A stretch of 54,044 bases of DNA, taken from assembly GCA_016219905.1 (NCBI GenBank), contig JACRKA010000097.1, positions 1-54,044 on the forward strand, given 5' to 3'. This stretch comes from Verrucomicrobiota bacterium. Its GTDB lineage: Bacteria > Verrucomicrobiota > Verrucomicrobiia > CAIQCK01. Position 1 is the first letter of the stretch, and the number at the start of each line of letters is the position of its first letter. Below, piece after piece: positions 18,511 through 28,170 of this stretch. The translations under genes were made by a program, and so were the position numbers. A model generated the notes under the pieces. The model did no database searches, was not told the DNA's origin, and worked only from the letters and a program-made list of their open reading frames with translations.

Positions 18511-18519
18511 TTTCTGGCT

Positions 18520-19527
18520 TCACGCCAGCCCGCGCGCCTGTAAATCATCTTCACTCAGGCCGAGGTAATGGCCGATCTCGTGCAGCAGCGTCTTGCGGAT
18601 CTCGTCCTCCAGCTCCTCGCGGTCGGTGACGACCTTCTCGAGGTTCTTGCGGAACAGCAGGATCGCGGTCGGCACCGGCGACTGCTCATAGTGCGCGTTG
18701 CCGGTGAACAGGCCGAGCAGTTGCGGGCCAAGCGTCGGGTTCTCCATCACGAACGCGCGCGACGGGAAGTCGTCAATGATCACCGGCACGTCGCGGATCG
18801 CATCGCGGAAGTCCTCCGGCAGGTCGGCGAGCGTCTCCCGCGCGATGCGCTCCATGTCCTTCGGCGAGATGGCCGCCGGCAGCAGGAAGTCCTCCGGCGC
18901 CTGCTCGTGCGCCTTCTCGAACTCCCGCCGCGCCATCGCCTCGAGGCCGAGTTTCTCCAGCACCAGGCCGTAATCCCAATGGATGCCGGGATCCTCCGCG
19001 TCCACTTTCAGGCATTGCTCGTGGACCTTCTTCGCCTTCTCGAAATGGCCGCTCTCGTAAAAGACGTGCGCCTGCCAGCTCAACAGCTCGATGTCCTCGG
19101 GCGAGTCGCCCAGTGCCCGGTCGAGCAGCGTCAACGCCTTCGAGTCGTTGCCGAGGCGGAAGTGGGCCTTCGCGGCGAAGTAGCGCGCGTCGCGCAGGTC
19201 GGCCTTCTTCAGCCGTCGGCGCAGCAGGCCGTCGCAGATCGCCACGGCCTCCTGATGCCGTTCCAGGTGGTCGGTCAGCAGCGCGGCGCGGTTGATGGCG
19301 ATGTCCCCGCCTTCGGGGTCGAGTTTCTGCGCCGTGTTGAGCGCCCGCAGCGCCTCGGCGTAACGCTCCAGCCCCCACAGGCTCAGGCCCAGCCCCTGGT
19401 GCCCGTCGGGCGAATCCGGCTCGACTTCGATGTGCTTCTGGTATAGGGCCGCAGCTTCCTCAAACCGCCCGGCGTCATAGGACTCGTCCGCGCGGTCGAG
19501 ATAGCCTGGCTCGCGGGGCATGATCAT
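18520..19527 (-). CDS. TPR protein with C-terminal minimal zincin metallopeptidase domain
   Basis: Several TPR helices, then LLGLF.G...ILLFRKNL...TLLHEIGHYLGL (HExxH). Confidence 0.85.
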   Translation of the reverse strand: MIMPREPGYLDRADESYDAGRFEEAAALYQKHIEVEPDSPDGHQGLGLSLWGLERYAEALRALNTAQKLDPEGGDIAINRAALLTDHLERHQEAVAICDGLLRRRLKKADLRDARYFAAKAHFRLGNDSKALTLLDRALGDSPEDIELLSWQAHVFYESGHFEKAKKVHEQCLKVDAEDPGIHWDYGLVLEKLGLEAMARREFEKAHEQAPEDFLLPAAISPKDMERIARETLADLPEDFRDAIRDVPVIIDDFPSRAFVMENPTLGPQLLGLFTGNAHYEQSPVPTAILLFRKNLEKVVTDREELEDEIRKTLLHEIGHYLGLSEDDLQARGLA

Positions 19528-19665
19528 ACGGCTTGTTCACTCCTGATGGGTTCCATAATGTGAAGCCAGCAAATCTAGGGCAAGCGTTCTGGGCGCGCAA
19601 GACGCGATGCGTGGCAGGTGAGGGCGCTTGCCGCAACCGCGCGCGGCGACTACACTGTTCCCATC

Positions 19666-20745
19666 ATGGGCAGCACATTCGGCCAACTGTTCCGCGTCAC
19701 GACCTGGGGCGAGAGCCACGGCGGCGCCGTCGGTGTCGTCGTGGACGGCTGCCCGCCGCGGTTGCGGCTGAGCGAGCCGGACATCCAGGAGGAGCTGGAC
19801 CGCCGCCGGCCCGGCCAGAGCCGGATCGTGACGCAGCGGCAGGAGGAGGACCATTGCGAGATCATGAGCGGCGTGTTTGAGGGCCGGACGCTCGGCACCC
19901 CGATCTGCATCCTGGTCTGGAACAAGGACGCGCGGCCGGAGGCGTATCTGGAGATCAAGAAGAAGTTCCGGCCGAGCCACGCGGATTTCACCTACGAGGC
20001 CAAATACGGCATCCGCGCGTGGGCCGGCGGTGGCCGGGCCAGCGCGCGCGAGACCATCGGCCGCGTCGCGGCGGGCGCGATCGCGAAGAAAATCCTGCGC
20101 GAGCGTTGCGGTGTCGAGATCGTGGCCTACGTGACGCAGGTGAAGGACCTCGTCGCGAAGGTCAACCCCGGCCGCGTCTCGGCGCGGCAGGTGGAGTCGA
20201 ACATCGTCCGCTGTCCCGACCGCGCGGCGGCGGCGAAGATGCTCCGGTTGATTGACCGCGCGCGGCGGGCGGGCGACAGCGTGGGCGGCGTGGTGGAGTG
20301 CGTGGCGCGCAACGTGCCGGTGGGCCTGGGCGACCCGGTGTTCGACAAGCTGGAGGCGGACCTCGCGAAGGCGTTGATGTCGCTGCCGGCCAGCAAGGGC
20401 TTCGAGATCGGCAGCGGCTTTGGCGGGACACGGATGTTTGGCAGCGAGCACAACGACATTTTTGTGATGCGCGGCGGCCGGGAGCGGACGCTGACCAACC
20501 GCAGCGGCGGCGTGCAGGGCGGTATCTCCAACGGCGAGCCGGTCGTGATGCGGGTGGCGTTCAAGCCGACGGCGACGATTCTGCTGCCGCAACGGACGGT
20601 GACCGTGGACGGCAAGCCCGCGGTGCTGAAAGGGCGGGGTCGCCATGATCCTTGCGTGCTGCCGCGGGCTGTGCCGGTGGTGGAGAACATGGTGGCGCTG
20701 GTGCTTTGCGACCACCTGCTGCGGCAGGCGGCGCAGTGCGGCTGA
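19666..20745 (+). CDS. aroC: Chorismate synthase
   Basis: [36 protein letters not shown]. Confidence 0.97.
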   Translation: MGSTFGQLFRVTTWGESHGGAVGVVVDGCPPRLRLSEPDIQEELDRRRPGQSRIVTQRQEEDHCEIMSGVFEGRTLGTPICILVWNKDARPEAYLEIKKKFRPSHADFTYEAKYGIRAWAGGGRASARETIGRVAAGAIAKKILRERCGVEIVAYVTQVKDLVAKVNPGRVSARQVESNIVRCPDRAAAAKMLRLIDRARRAGDSVGGVVECVARNVPVGLGDPVFDKLEADLAKALMSLPASKGFEIGSGFGGTRMFGSEHNDIFVMRGGRERTLTNRSGGVQGGISNGEPVVMRVAFKPTATILLPQRTVTVDGKPAVLKGRGRHDPCVLPRAVPVVENMVALVLCDHLLRQAAQCG

Positions 20746-20805
20746 CAGGGGCAAGAATTTGTTTGCAAAGCAGGGCGCGCTCCCTGAGAGTGCTGCGCCC
20801 CGGTT

Positions 20806-20881
20806 GGGGGTGTAGCTCAGTTGGGAGAGCGCCTCGTTCGCAACGAGGAGGTCAGGGGTTCAAATCCCCTCACCTCCACCA
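20806..20881 (+). tRNA. tRNA-Ala (anticodon CGC)
   Basis: Cloverleaf GGGGGTG/CACCTCC with G3:U70, anticodon arm CCTCG-TTCGCAA-CGAGG, GGTTCAAATCC, encoded CCA. Confidence 0.96.
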
Positions 20882-20960
20882 ACCCGCCGGCAAACGGCGC
20901 AACCGCCGGCCAAGTTCGGTGTTTACTTCCGCACTGCTTCCCATAAACTGCTATCCCTTT

Positions 20961-21179
20961 ATGCCGAAGGAAGACGCTGTCCAACTTGAAGGCACGGTCA
21001 GAGAGCTGCTCGCCGGCACGATGTATCGTGTCGAGCTGGAGAACGGCCACGTCGTGCTCGCGCACATTTCCGGCAAGATGCGCCAGAACTTCATCCGCAT
21101 CTCCCTCGGCGACAAGGTCACGGTCGAAGTCTCGCCCTACGACCTCAGCAAAGGCCGCATCACCTTCCGGCACAAGTAG
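20961..21179 (+). CDS. infA: Translation initiation factor IF-1
   Basis: 72 aa; [11 protein letters not shown]...AHISGKMR...[18 protein letters not shown]. Confidence 0.97.
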   Translation: MPKEDAVQLEGTVRELLAGTMYRVELENGHVVLAHISGKMRQNFIRISLGDKVTVEVSPYDLSKGRITFRHK

Positions 21180-21237
21180 CGATTCCCTCCGAAGCAGTCA
21201 CCCGTCTCAACCACCGGCTTCAAGCCACCGAAACCCC

Positions 21238-22101
21238 ATGTTCAAAAATCATCCCTGGAATGTCTGGTTAATGGTCATGGTGCTGGGCGTCCAACTGCTG
21301 GGCGCACTGGCCGTGCTGCAAGACTTCCGATGGTGGTTTCTGCCGATCATGGTCGGCATGTATCTGTGGATGGGCTTCAGCACCACGTTCTACCTGCACC
21401 GCTTTCTCTGCCACCGCGGGTTCGAGACGCGCGGTTGGATCAAGTTCTTCTTCGCCCTCGGCTCGGCCGTCGGCCTTGCCGGCAATCCGTCCTCCTGGGT
21501 CGGCACCCACCGGTTCCACCACTTCAAGTCCGACACCGCCGAAGACCCGCACAGCCCGCTCGAAGGCCTGCCTTACGCGCATCTGTTCTGGGTTTTCAAA
21601 CGGCCGCGTGAGTTCGAGACCCATTCGCTTCGCTGGGCCGCCGACACGCGCCGCTACTGGTATGTCCGCTGGATGGAACGCACGTGGGTTTACCTGCTCC
21701 CACACCTCGGCTGCGCGGCCGTGCTCTGGGCCGCGCTCGGCGGTTACGGCCTGCTGTGGTGCCTCTACTTCCCCCTACTGTTCGTTTACAATTTCACCTG
21801 GGCCGTCAACTCCATCTGCCATTGGCCCACCGCCGGCTACCGGTCCCACGACACCAGCGACCGCAGCCGCAACGTCCTCTGGGTCGCGCTCGGATCGCTC
21901 GGTGAAGGTTTCCACAACAACCACCATGCCAACCCACGCTGCGCCGCCCACGGCCGCCGCTGGTTCGAAGTGGACCTGACCCGCTACCTCATCTGGACGC
22001 TGGAGAAACTCGGCCTCGTCTGGAACGTAGTGTGGGAAGCCACGCACGAAGCCGATCCCGCCCCCGAAGCCTCCGGCGCCCCGGCAGCCCCGGCCGCCTG
22101 A
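21238..22101 (+). CDS. Delta-9-type membrane fatty acid desaturase
   Basis: His boxes HRFLCH, HRFHH, HNNHH; DPHSP; VNSICH. Confidence 0.9.
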   Translation: MFKNHPWNVWLMVMVLGVQLLGALAVLQDFRWWFLPIMVGMYLWMGFSTTFYLHRFLCHRGFETRGWIKFFFALGSAVGLAGNPSSWVGTHRFHHFKSDTAEDPHSPLEGLPYAHLFWVFKRPREFETHSLRWAADTRRYWYVRWMERTWVYLLPHLGCAAVLWAALGGYGLLWCLYFPLLFVYNFTWAVNSICHWPTAGYRSHDTSDRSRNVLWVALGSLGEGFHNNHHANPRCAAHGRRWFEVDLTRYLIWTLEKLGLVWNVVWEATHEADPAPEASGAPAAPAA

Positions 22102-22155
22102 TTGTTGTTGGCTATTGTCTATCGGCGGTCGGCTCTTTACAGTCCTGCCGAGGTC

Positions 22156-23052
22156 ATGCCAGCCAAGCGCAAACCCAACGTCGTTCGCGTCGGCCTGATC
22201 CAGACGGCCTGCTCGCACGACCCGGCGGCGAACTTGAAAAAGGCCGCGGCCCGCATCGCCGAGGCCGCGCGGCGCGGCGCGCGGATCATCTGCCTGCCGG
22301 AACTGTTCCGCTCACAATATTTTTGCCAGTCGGAGAACTACGCCCACTTCAAACTCGCCGAGCCGGTGCCCGGCCCGGCCACCGCCGCGCTTGCGCGGCT
22401 CGCAAAAAAACTCCGCGTCGTCCTCGTCGCCCCGTTGTTCGAGCGCCGCGCCCCGGGCGTCTATCACAACACCGCCGCCATCCTCGACGCCAACGGCAGG
22501 CTCCTCGGCAAGTTCCGCAAGATGCACGTCCCCGACGACCCGCTTTACTACGAGAAATTCTACTTCACCCCCGGCGACCTCGGCTTCCGCGCGTGGCCCA
22601 CGCGCCACGCCACGATCGGCGTGCTCATCTGCTGGGACCAGTGGTATCCCGAAGCCGCGCGGCTCACCGCCCTCCAAGGCGCGCAGATCCTCTTCTACCC
22701 CACTGCCATCGGCTGGCATCCGCGCGAGAAGGCAAAGCTTGGCGCGGCCCAGCACGACGCATGGGAAACCATCCAGCGCAGCCACGCCATCGCCAACGGC
22801 TGCTTCGTCGCCGCCGTCAACCGCGTCGGCCACGAAGCACCCGCCGGCGGCGACGGCATCGAGTTCTGGGGCCAGAGCTTCGTCGCCGGCCCCGATGGCC
22901 AGGTGATCGCGAAAGCCGGCGCGGCCAAAGAAGAAATCGTCATCGCCGACTGCGACCTCGGCCGGATGGACGGCACGCGCACCCACTGGCCGTTCCTGCG
23001 CGACCGGCGCGTGGACGCCTACGGCGACATCACGAAACGGATGGCCGATTGA
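22156..23052 (+). CDS. aguB: N-carbamoylputrescine amidase (carbon-nitrogen hydrolase)
   Basis: LPELF, RKMHVPDDP.YYEKFYF.PGD, ICWDQWYPE; adjacent to agmatine deiminase. Confidence 0.88.
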   Translation: MPAKRKPNVVRVGLIQTACSHDPAANLKKAAARIAEAARRGARIICLPELFRSQYFCQSENYAHFKLAEPVPGPATAALARLAKKLRVVLVAPLFERRAPGVYHNTAAILDANGRLLGKFRKMHVPDDPLYYEKFYFTPGDLGFRAWPTRHATIGVLICWDQWYPEAARLTALQGAQILFYPTAIGWHPREKAKLGAAQHDAWETIQRSHAIANGCFVAAVNRVGHEAPAGGDGIEFWGQSFVAGPDGQVIAKAGAAKEEIVIADCDLGRMDGTRTHWPFLRDRRVDAYGDITKRMAD

Positions 23053-23057
23053 GGACG

Positions 23058-24119
23058 ATGAAGAGACGCCCGCCAACGCCTGCTGCACTCGGCTACCGCA
23101 TGCCCGCCGAGTGGGAGCCGCACGAGGCCACGTGGCTCACGTGGCCCCATCGCGGCGGCGTCAGCTTTCCCGGCAAGTTCGCGCCGATCCCCGCCTACTG
23201 GGTGAAGATGGCCGAACTGCTCAGCCCGCACGAACGCGTCCACATCGTCGTCCACGACGCCGCCCACGAGGCGGAAGTCCGCCGTCTCCTCGCGAAGTCC
23301 CGCCGCATCCGCCGCGACCGCGTCATGCTCCATCGTTTCGGCTGCGACGAATGCTGGGCGCGCGACCACGGCCCCGTCTTCGTGGTCCGGAAATCCAAGA
23401 TCGCCATCGTGGACTGGCTCTACAACGCCTGGGGCCGCAAATACCCCTCGTGGGACCTCGACGACGCCATCCCGCAGCACGTCGCGCGGCTGCTCGGCGT
23501 GCCGCTGTTCTCGCCCGGCATGGTGCTCGAAGGCGGCTCGATTGACGTCAACGGCCGCGGCACGCTGCTCACCACGCGCTCCGTCCTGCTCAACAAGAAC
23601 CGCAACCCGCGCCTCACCCAACGCCAGATCGAGCAGCGCCTCCGCGACCACCTTGGCGTCACGCGCATCCTCTGGCTCGGCGACGGCATCGTGGGCGACG
23701 ACACCGACGGCCACGTGGACGACATCGCCCGGTTCGTCGGCCCGCGCACCGTTGTCGCCTGCGTCGAAGACGACCCCGCCGACCCGAACTACAAGCCGCT
23801 CCAAGAAAACCTGAAGCTGTTGCGCACCGCACGCGAGCAGGACGGCCGGCCGTTGCGCGTCCTCGCACTGCCGATGCCCGGCGTCATCACGGGGCGCGGC
23901 CAGCGGCTGCCCGCCAGCTACGCGAACTTCTACATCGCCAACCGCGTCGTCCTCGTGCCGGTCTTCTCGCACCCAAACGACCGCCGCGCGCTGGCCATCC
24001 TCCGGCGATGTTTCCCCTCGCGCCGCGTCGTCGGCATCGAATGCACCGACCTCGTCTGGGGCCTCGGTGCGCTCCACTGCGTCACCCAGCAACAGCCGTC
24101 GAATCGTCGTGCGCGATGA
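23058..24119 (+). CDS. aguA: Agmatine deiminase / peptidylarginine deiminase family
   Basis: RMPAEWEPH, WARDHGP, LEGGSID, DDTDGHVD, ASYANF, GALHCVTQQ. Confidence 0.92.
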   Translation: MKRRPPTPAALGYRMPAEWEPHEATWLTWPHRGGVSFPGKFAPIPAYWVKMAELLSPHERVHIVVHDAAHEAEVRRLLAKSRRIRRDRVMLHRFGCDECWARDHGPVFVVRKSKIAIVDWLYNAWGRKYPSWDLDDAIPQHVARLLGVPLFSPGMVLEGGSIDVNGRGTLLTTRSVLLNKNRNPRLTQRQIEQRLRDHLGVTRILWLGDGIVGDDTDGHVDDIARFVGPRTVVACVEDDPADPNYKPLQENLKLLRTAREQDGRPLRVLALPMPGVITGRGQRLPASYANFYIANRVVLVPVFSHPNDRRALAILRRCFPSRRVVGIECTDLVWGLGALHCVTQQQPSNRRAR

Positions 24120-24140
24120 TTGCGAATCGGACGCCGGCGG

Positions 24141-27100
24141 TCATCGCTTTCGCCACGAGAGGATGCGGCCGTCTTGGAGGGAAACGAAGATGCGGGACTG
24201 GTGATCCATGGCGGCGCCGGCCTTGACCGGTGGGGCAGGGAGTTCCTCGCGCCAAACTTCGGAACCGTCTGCAACGTTCACCGCTGACAGGAAGCAACTC
24301 CGTTTGCTTTCGGTGAGGACTTGGCCGGCGGCCAGGAGGGTGTCGGAGGCAACGATGAAGCCGTGGTATTGCGGGCCGGGCTTGTGCTCCCAAAGCACGG
24401 GCGGTCTGCTCTTCGGCGCGGCGAAGCGCGGCAGGACGCGCCAGTTGGGGGGCAGCGGGGCCGCGCCGGGTGGCAGTGGGCCGAACAGGGCCAAGGTGGA
24501 ATGCGCTGCGCCACGACGATAGTCGTTGAAGTCGGCGGCGTAGTTCAAGGAACGGCCGTCGCTCAGGGTGTGGTTCAGGGCCGCATACTGGCCGTAGTCG
24601 GGGTAGTAGGGGTAGAAGGCGGTATTCGCGTGGGCCTTCACGTTGTCCTCGGCCGGATTCATACATTGGCCGGTCTTCAGGTTGTAACGCGCTTCGGGAT
24701 AAACGTTGCCGCCGGCAAAACAAAGCTGGCCGTCCGCCAGATAAAGGTCGCCTTGCAGGCTGATGCCGCTGTGGGTCTTGTCGGAGAGTTGGCCGGAGGT
24801 GGCGTTCTGCCAGCGGGGCTTTCCGGTGACCGCGTCGAGGGCAACGACGTGGGTGCCGTCGTAATGGGCGATGCCCGCCGCGGCATAGACCACGCCGTTC
24901 TCGACCACCACACCGCCGGCGACCGGCCAGGTGGAACTGAGCTTCCCGAAAACCGGAATCCATCGCTCGGCTGGCGCGGCGCGGAACCGCCACAGCAGCC
25001 GGCCCGTCGCCGCCTCGAACGCATACACATGACCGTCGGCCGAGCCGACGAACACGCGCCCCTCCGAGACTGCGGGCGGGAAGTGGATGCTCGCGCCAGT
25101 GTAGGCCTTCCACTTCAGTTTGCCGTCCGCTGCGTCCAAGGCCCGCACGATGCCACGGTCGTCGCCGACGAAAACCATGCTGCCAGCGGCCACCGGCGCT
25201 GTGGGCAGACAGGGCGACGACGGTTCGGAAACCCACGCGCGCGTCACCTGCTTCGGAATGGCCACCTGAGTCGCCGCCGTGCGGGAGTTGTTGGCTTGGT
25301 AGGCGGGCCAGTCGTCAGGATGAACGGGGAACGGCTGGGCCTCCAAGGTGGCACAAGCTTCCAGCTTGCGAATCGCTGAGGTTTGCAACCCCGAAAGCAT
25401 TCGGGGTTGCGCCATTGGCGCGAGGCACACGTTCCCATACAGCGACAACTGGCAGCGGCACTTCCACGCGCCCCACTGAAGCAGCCCGCCGGAAACAATC
25501 ACGCCCTCGTAGCATGGCGGGCGCATCGGGGCGATGTGCTCGGCCGTCCCCGTCGCAAGGTCAACCCGCACGGTCCCTTCCGGTGCGCGGTAGAAGATGC
25601 TGTCGGCGCTGCCGGTGATCATCGTGCAGCCGCGCCGGCCGAAGAAGCGGCTGCGCACCTCGCCCGTGTCGTAGTCCAAACTCATGCCGCCATCCGTGCC
25701 GACCTCGCCCACCGCGTAGAGCGCGTCGGGGCGCAAGAGCAGATGCACACTGCCGCCATCTATCAGCCGGACTTCCTTTTGCCACACCAACCGTCCGTCC
25801 CGGGTTGAGACCGTGACGATACGGGGCATCCGCGGCCCGGAGAAAAAAAGGAACTTGTCGTTGCACCGCACGTAAGGAAACGGCGAGAGGCCGGTCCAGC
25901 GGGGTTGTTGCGGGAACATCGGCCCGATGGCCTTCAGCAGATCGGCGTCGGAGGTTTTCCAAACGACCTTGCCCGTGCCGGCCTCGATGCAGGCGAGAAA
26001 CCGTTCGGGGCTGAGAAAATAGATGCGGCCGTTCTTCATGCACACCGCGCGGCCGTCCACGAACTCCTGCTCGCGATGCCGCCAAAGCAGCTTCCGGGTC
26101 TTCGTGTCAATCGCCAGCAGCGTGCGCCCCTGCGCCCAGGCGGTCTTCGCGTCGGGATAATCGTATCCCGGCCAGTTCGCGCGCGGCCAGCCGCCGATGG
26201 CCGTCCCATCGGTGCGGATCACCTCCGCTTTGAACTCCTCGCCGCCGACCAACGCATAGAGAACGCCGCCTTCTAAAGCCATCCACTTCCACACCCTGCC
26301 GTCGGTCGCCGGGTCCGGGGAAACGATCGCGCCTCGCAACTCGCCGGTCGCCGCGTCGAGCAGTTTGCACGACTCGTCGTCCGCCAGATACAGCGTCTCC
26401 GGCGTGGCGATGATGGTGTTCCGCAAAATCATGAAGCCGTCGCGGAGCGGTCGTTTCCAGAGGATCGTGCCGTTGTAGGCGTTGATGCACAACAACGTGT
26501 TCAGCATCGCGTTCTGGTTCGCCTGATGAGCCTGATGTCCCAGCGCCCTGAACACTCTGCCGCCGGCCGACACCGTGACCGCCGGCGACGGACAGAACTT
26601 CGGGTCGGCCAGAAACTGGGTGAGATAAGGCGCGCGGGCGATCTGGTCGCCGGACTGCGGGTTGTTGTCCGGCGCGTGATACGGGTAGCGCCAGTCATCC
26701 GAACCTGCCGGAAACGGTTTGACGATCTCGCTGCGGGCGAGGATGGCCTTTCCGTTCGGATGCAGCACACGCAGCAACTCCGCCCGGCCAACCGACTTCT
26801 CGGCTGCCGGCGCGACCACGACCGCGCCTGCCAGATTATCGGCCAGATGGATCGTTCTCCAATCACCGCGATCAACGAAGACCCGCCGCCCCAACAGCCC
26901 CGCGACCTCCGCGCTCTTTCGCACCTCGGCGACTTCATCCGCTTCTGGCGACTGGAAGTAGATCAGCAACTCGTTTCCGCTCGCCAGTTGCGCGACGAAC
27001 TCCGCTTCACCCGCCTTCGGAAGACCCAGCACGACACAGATGCCTTTTGCGGTCCCCACCTTTCGCAAGATCGCTTCCGCTCCGGCTCCGCCGGACGCGT

Positions 27101-27185
27101 CACGCGCGGCGAAGCTTGCCGCCGTGACAACCAACGCCGACACCCAGATCGCCAGCCCGCTCCGTCGCTTGCCGTGAAGGTTCAT
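24141..27185 (-). CDS. Exported PQQ-like beta-propeller protein with N-terminal degenerate methyltransferase-like domain
   Basis: Signal peptide; GICVVLG...ELLRVLHPNG; repeated A.DA..G...W blades; PVC-type architecture. Confidence 0.8.
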   Translation of the reverse strand: MNLHGKRRSGLAIWVSALVVTAASFAARDASGGAGAEAILRKVGTAKGICVVLGLPKAGEAEFVAQLASGNELLIYFQSPEADEVAEVRKSAEVAGLLGRRVFVDRGDWRTIHLADNLAGAVVVAPAAEKSVGRAELLRVLHPNGKAILARSEIVKPFPAGSDDWRYPYHAPDNNPQSGDQIARAPYLTQFLADPKFCPSPAVTVSAGGRVFRALGHQAHQANQNAMLNTLLCINAYNGTILWKRPLRDGFMILRNTIIATPETLYLADDESCKLLDAATGELRGAIVSPDPATDGRVWKWMALEGGVLYALVGGEEFKAEVIRTDGTAIGGWPRANWPGYDYPDAKTAWAQGRTLLAIDTKTRKLLWRHREQEFVDGRAVCMKNGRIYFLSPERFLACIEAGTGKVVWKTSDADLLKAIGPMFPQQPRWTGLSPFPYVRCNDKFLFFSGPRMPRIVTVSTRDGRLVWQKEVRLIDGGSVHLLLRPDALYAVGEVGTDGGMSLDYDTGEVRSRFFGRRGCTMITGSADSIFYRAPEGTVRVDLATGTAEHIAPMRPPCYEGVIVSGGLLQWGAWKCRCQLSLYGNVCLAPMAQPRMLSGLQTSAIRKLEACATLEAQPFPVHPDDWPAYQANNSRTAATQVAIPKQVTRAWVSEPSSPCLPTAPVAAGSMVFVGDDRGIVRALDAADGKLKWKAYTGASIHFPPAVSEGRVFVGSADGHVYAFEAATGRLLWRFRAAPAERWIPVFGKLSSTWPVAGGVVVENGVVYAAAGIAHYDGTHVVALDAVTGKPRWQNATSGQLSDKTHSGISLQGDLYLADGQLCFAGGNVYPEARYNLKTGQCMNPAEDNVKAHANTAFYPYYPDYGQYAALNHTLSDGRSLNYAADFNDYRRGAAHSTLALFGPLPPGAAPLPPNWRVLPRFAAPKSRPPVLWEHKPGPQYHGFIVASDTLLAAGQVLTESKRSCFLSAVNVADGSEVWREELPAPPVKAGAAMDHQSRIFVSLQDGRILSWRKR
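25348..25415. repeat. REP-like palindromic element inserted in frame
   Basis: gtggcacaagcttccagcttgcg ... gcaaccccgaa-agca-ttcggggttgc-gccat (perfect 11-bp inner stem). Confidence 0.7.
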
Positions 27186-27308
27186 GATCGCTGCTCCTTT
27201 GCTGTCAGGCGCGCTGCATGAGCAGATAGTATCCCGTCTCAAGCGGCAGAGGCGACCCGATTTTGTGCAGCTTTCCCCTCACATGGGGCACGTCAATCTG
27301 ATCCTGCG

Positions 27309-27986
27309 TCAGGGCTGCTGGCCGCGTGGCTGACGCGACACAGTCTCGGCGATCTTCTCGCCGAGTTCCTTGGCCGAGGCGATCAGGCGGGGGTCGTCCT
27401 CGAAATGCCGCACGCCGACGGAGGCCACGGTGGCTTCGGGGCCGGAAAGCATCTTGATGCCGCTCATCGGGCAATCGTCGCCGTGGCCGCAGCGGATGCA
27501 GGGGACGTTGCCCAGCACGATCAGCGAGCCGAGGTTGACCATGCCCTCTTCCATCATCCAGAAGGCAATCTGCGAACCGGCGGTCTGCGCGGCGGGCGGC
27601 AGGCCGGGAGCGTCGGGCGGGCAGGCCGTGGTGATGACGGACACGCCGACCTTGCCACGGTTCAGGCCGGTCTGGTGCCGCAGGCAATACATCCGCTCCA
27701 TGAACATCTTCGTCCGCGCGTCGAGGCTGCTGTAAGGCGTGAACGCGCCGAGCACAAACGCGCTGGCGCGGCGGAACTTCTCAGCCAGCGCGCGGGCGTC
27801 ATCCTGCACGACGCATTCGTTGGTCTTCACGCAGCCGAGGCAGGCGCGGCACGGCTCCATCCGCAGATCGCTGAGCTTGATGAACTCCCACTCCAAACCG
27901 GTGTGCTCGACGATGGCCTTCACGGCCCGGTCGGTGTTGCTGTCAGGGACGGGGCTGCCGCTGATGCCTAGAATCTTCGCGCTCAT
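27309..27986 (-). CDS. Flavodoxin-like iron-sulfur flavoprotein (NADPH-dependent FMN reductase family)
   Basis: ILGISGSP...SNT, CxxCxxC....C (CRACLGC..TNEC), second Cys motif CIRCGHGDDC. Confidence 0.85.
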   Translation of the reverse strand: MSAKILGISGSPVPDSNTDRAVKAIVEHTGLEWEFIKLSDLRMEPCRACLGCVKTNECVVQDDARALAEKFRRASAFVLGAFTPYSSLDARTKMFMERMYCLRHQTGLNRGKVGVSVITTACPPDAPGLPPAAQTAGSQIAFWMMEEGMVNLGSLIVLGNVPCIRCGHGDDCPMSGIKMLSGPEATVASVGVRHFEDDPRLIASAKELGEKIAETVSRQPRGQQP

Positions 27987-28170
27987 GGTGCACTTCCTGT
28001 TGTCGTTGCGTCGGGTCTGCGCCGCACGGTGTGGTCAACGGGTAGATGATGCGCCGCTGGAAGACAAGACGCAAAATGCCGCGCGCTTTGAATCGCAATC
28101 AGCCAGCATCCCGTGCTGCGACCAAAAGCGGCTTGCTGTCAATCAGCCGCCGGTTCAAGCTCCCTCACTA

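Noticed and set aside
18411-18520. Possible CRISPR array
   Set aside because: Units are 7 nt with no unique spacers, and no cas genes are present.
22032-23057. Long N-terminal extensions in the ORF track (aguA; also the methyltransferase from 31935, GT4 from 34032, SDR from 44956, infA from 20652)
   Set aside because: Arg/Pro-rich off-frame reads overlapping real upstream genes or a tRNA; internal starts match the family N-termini.
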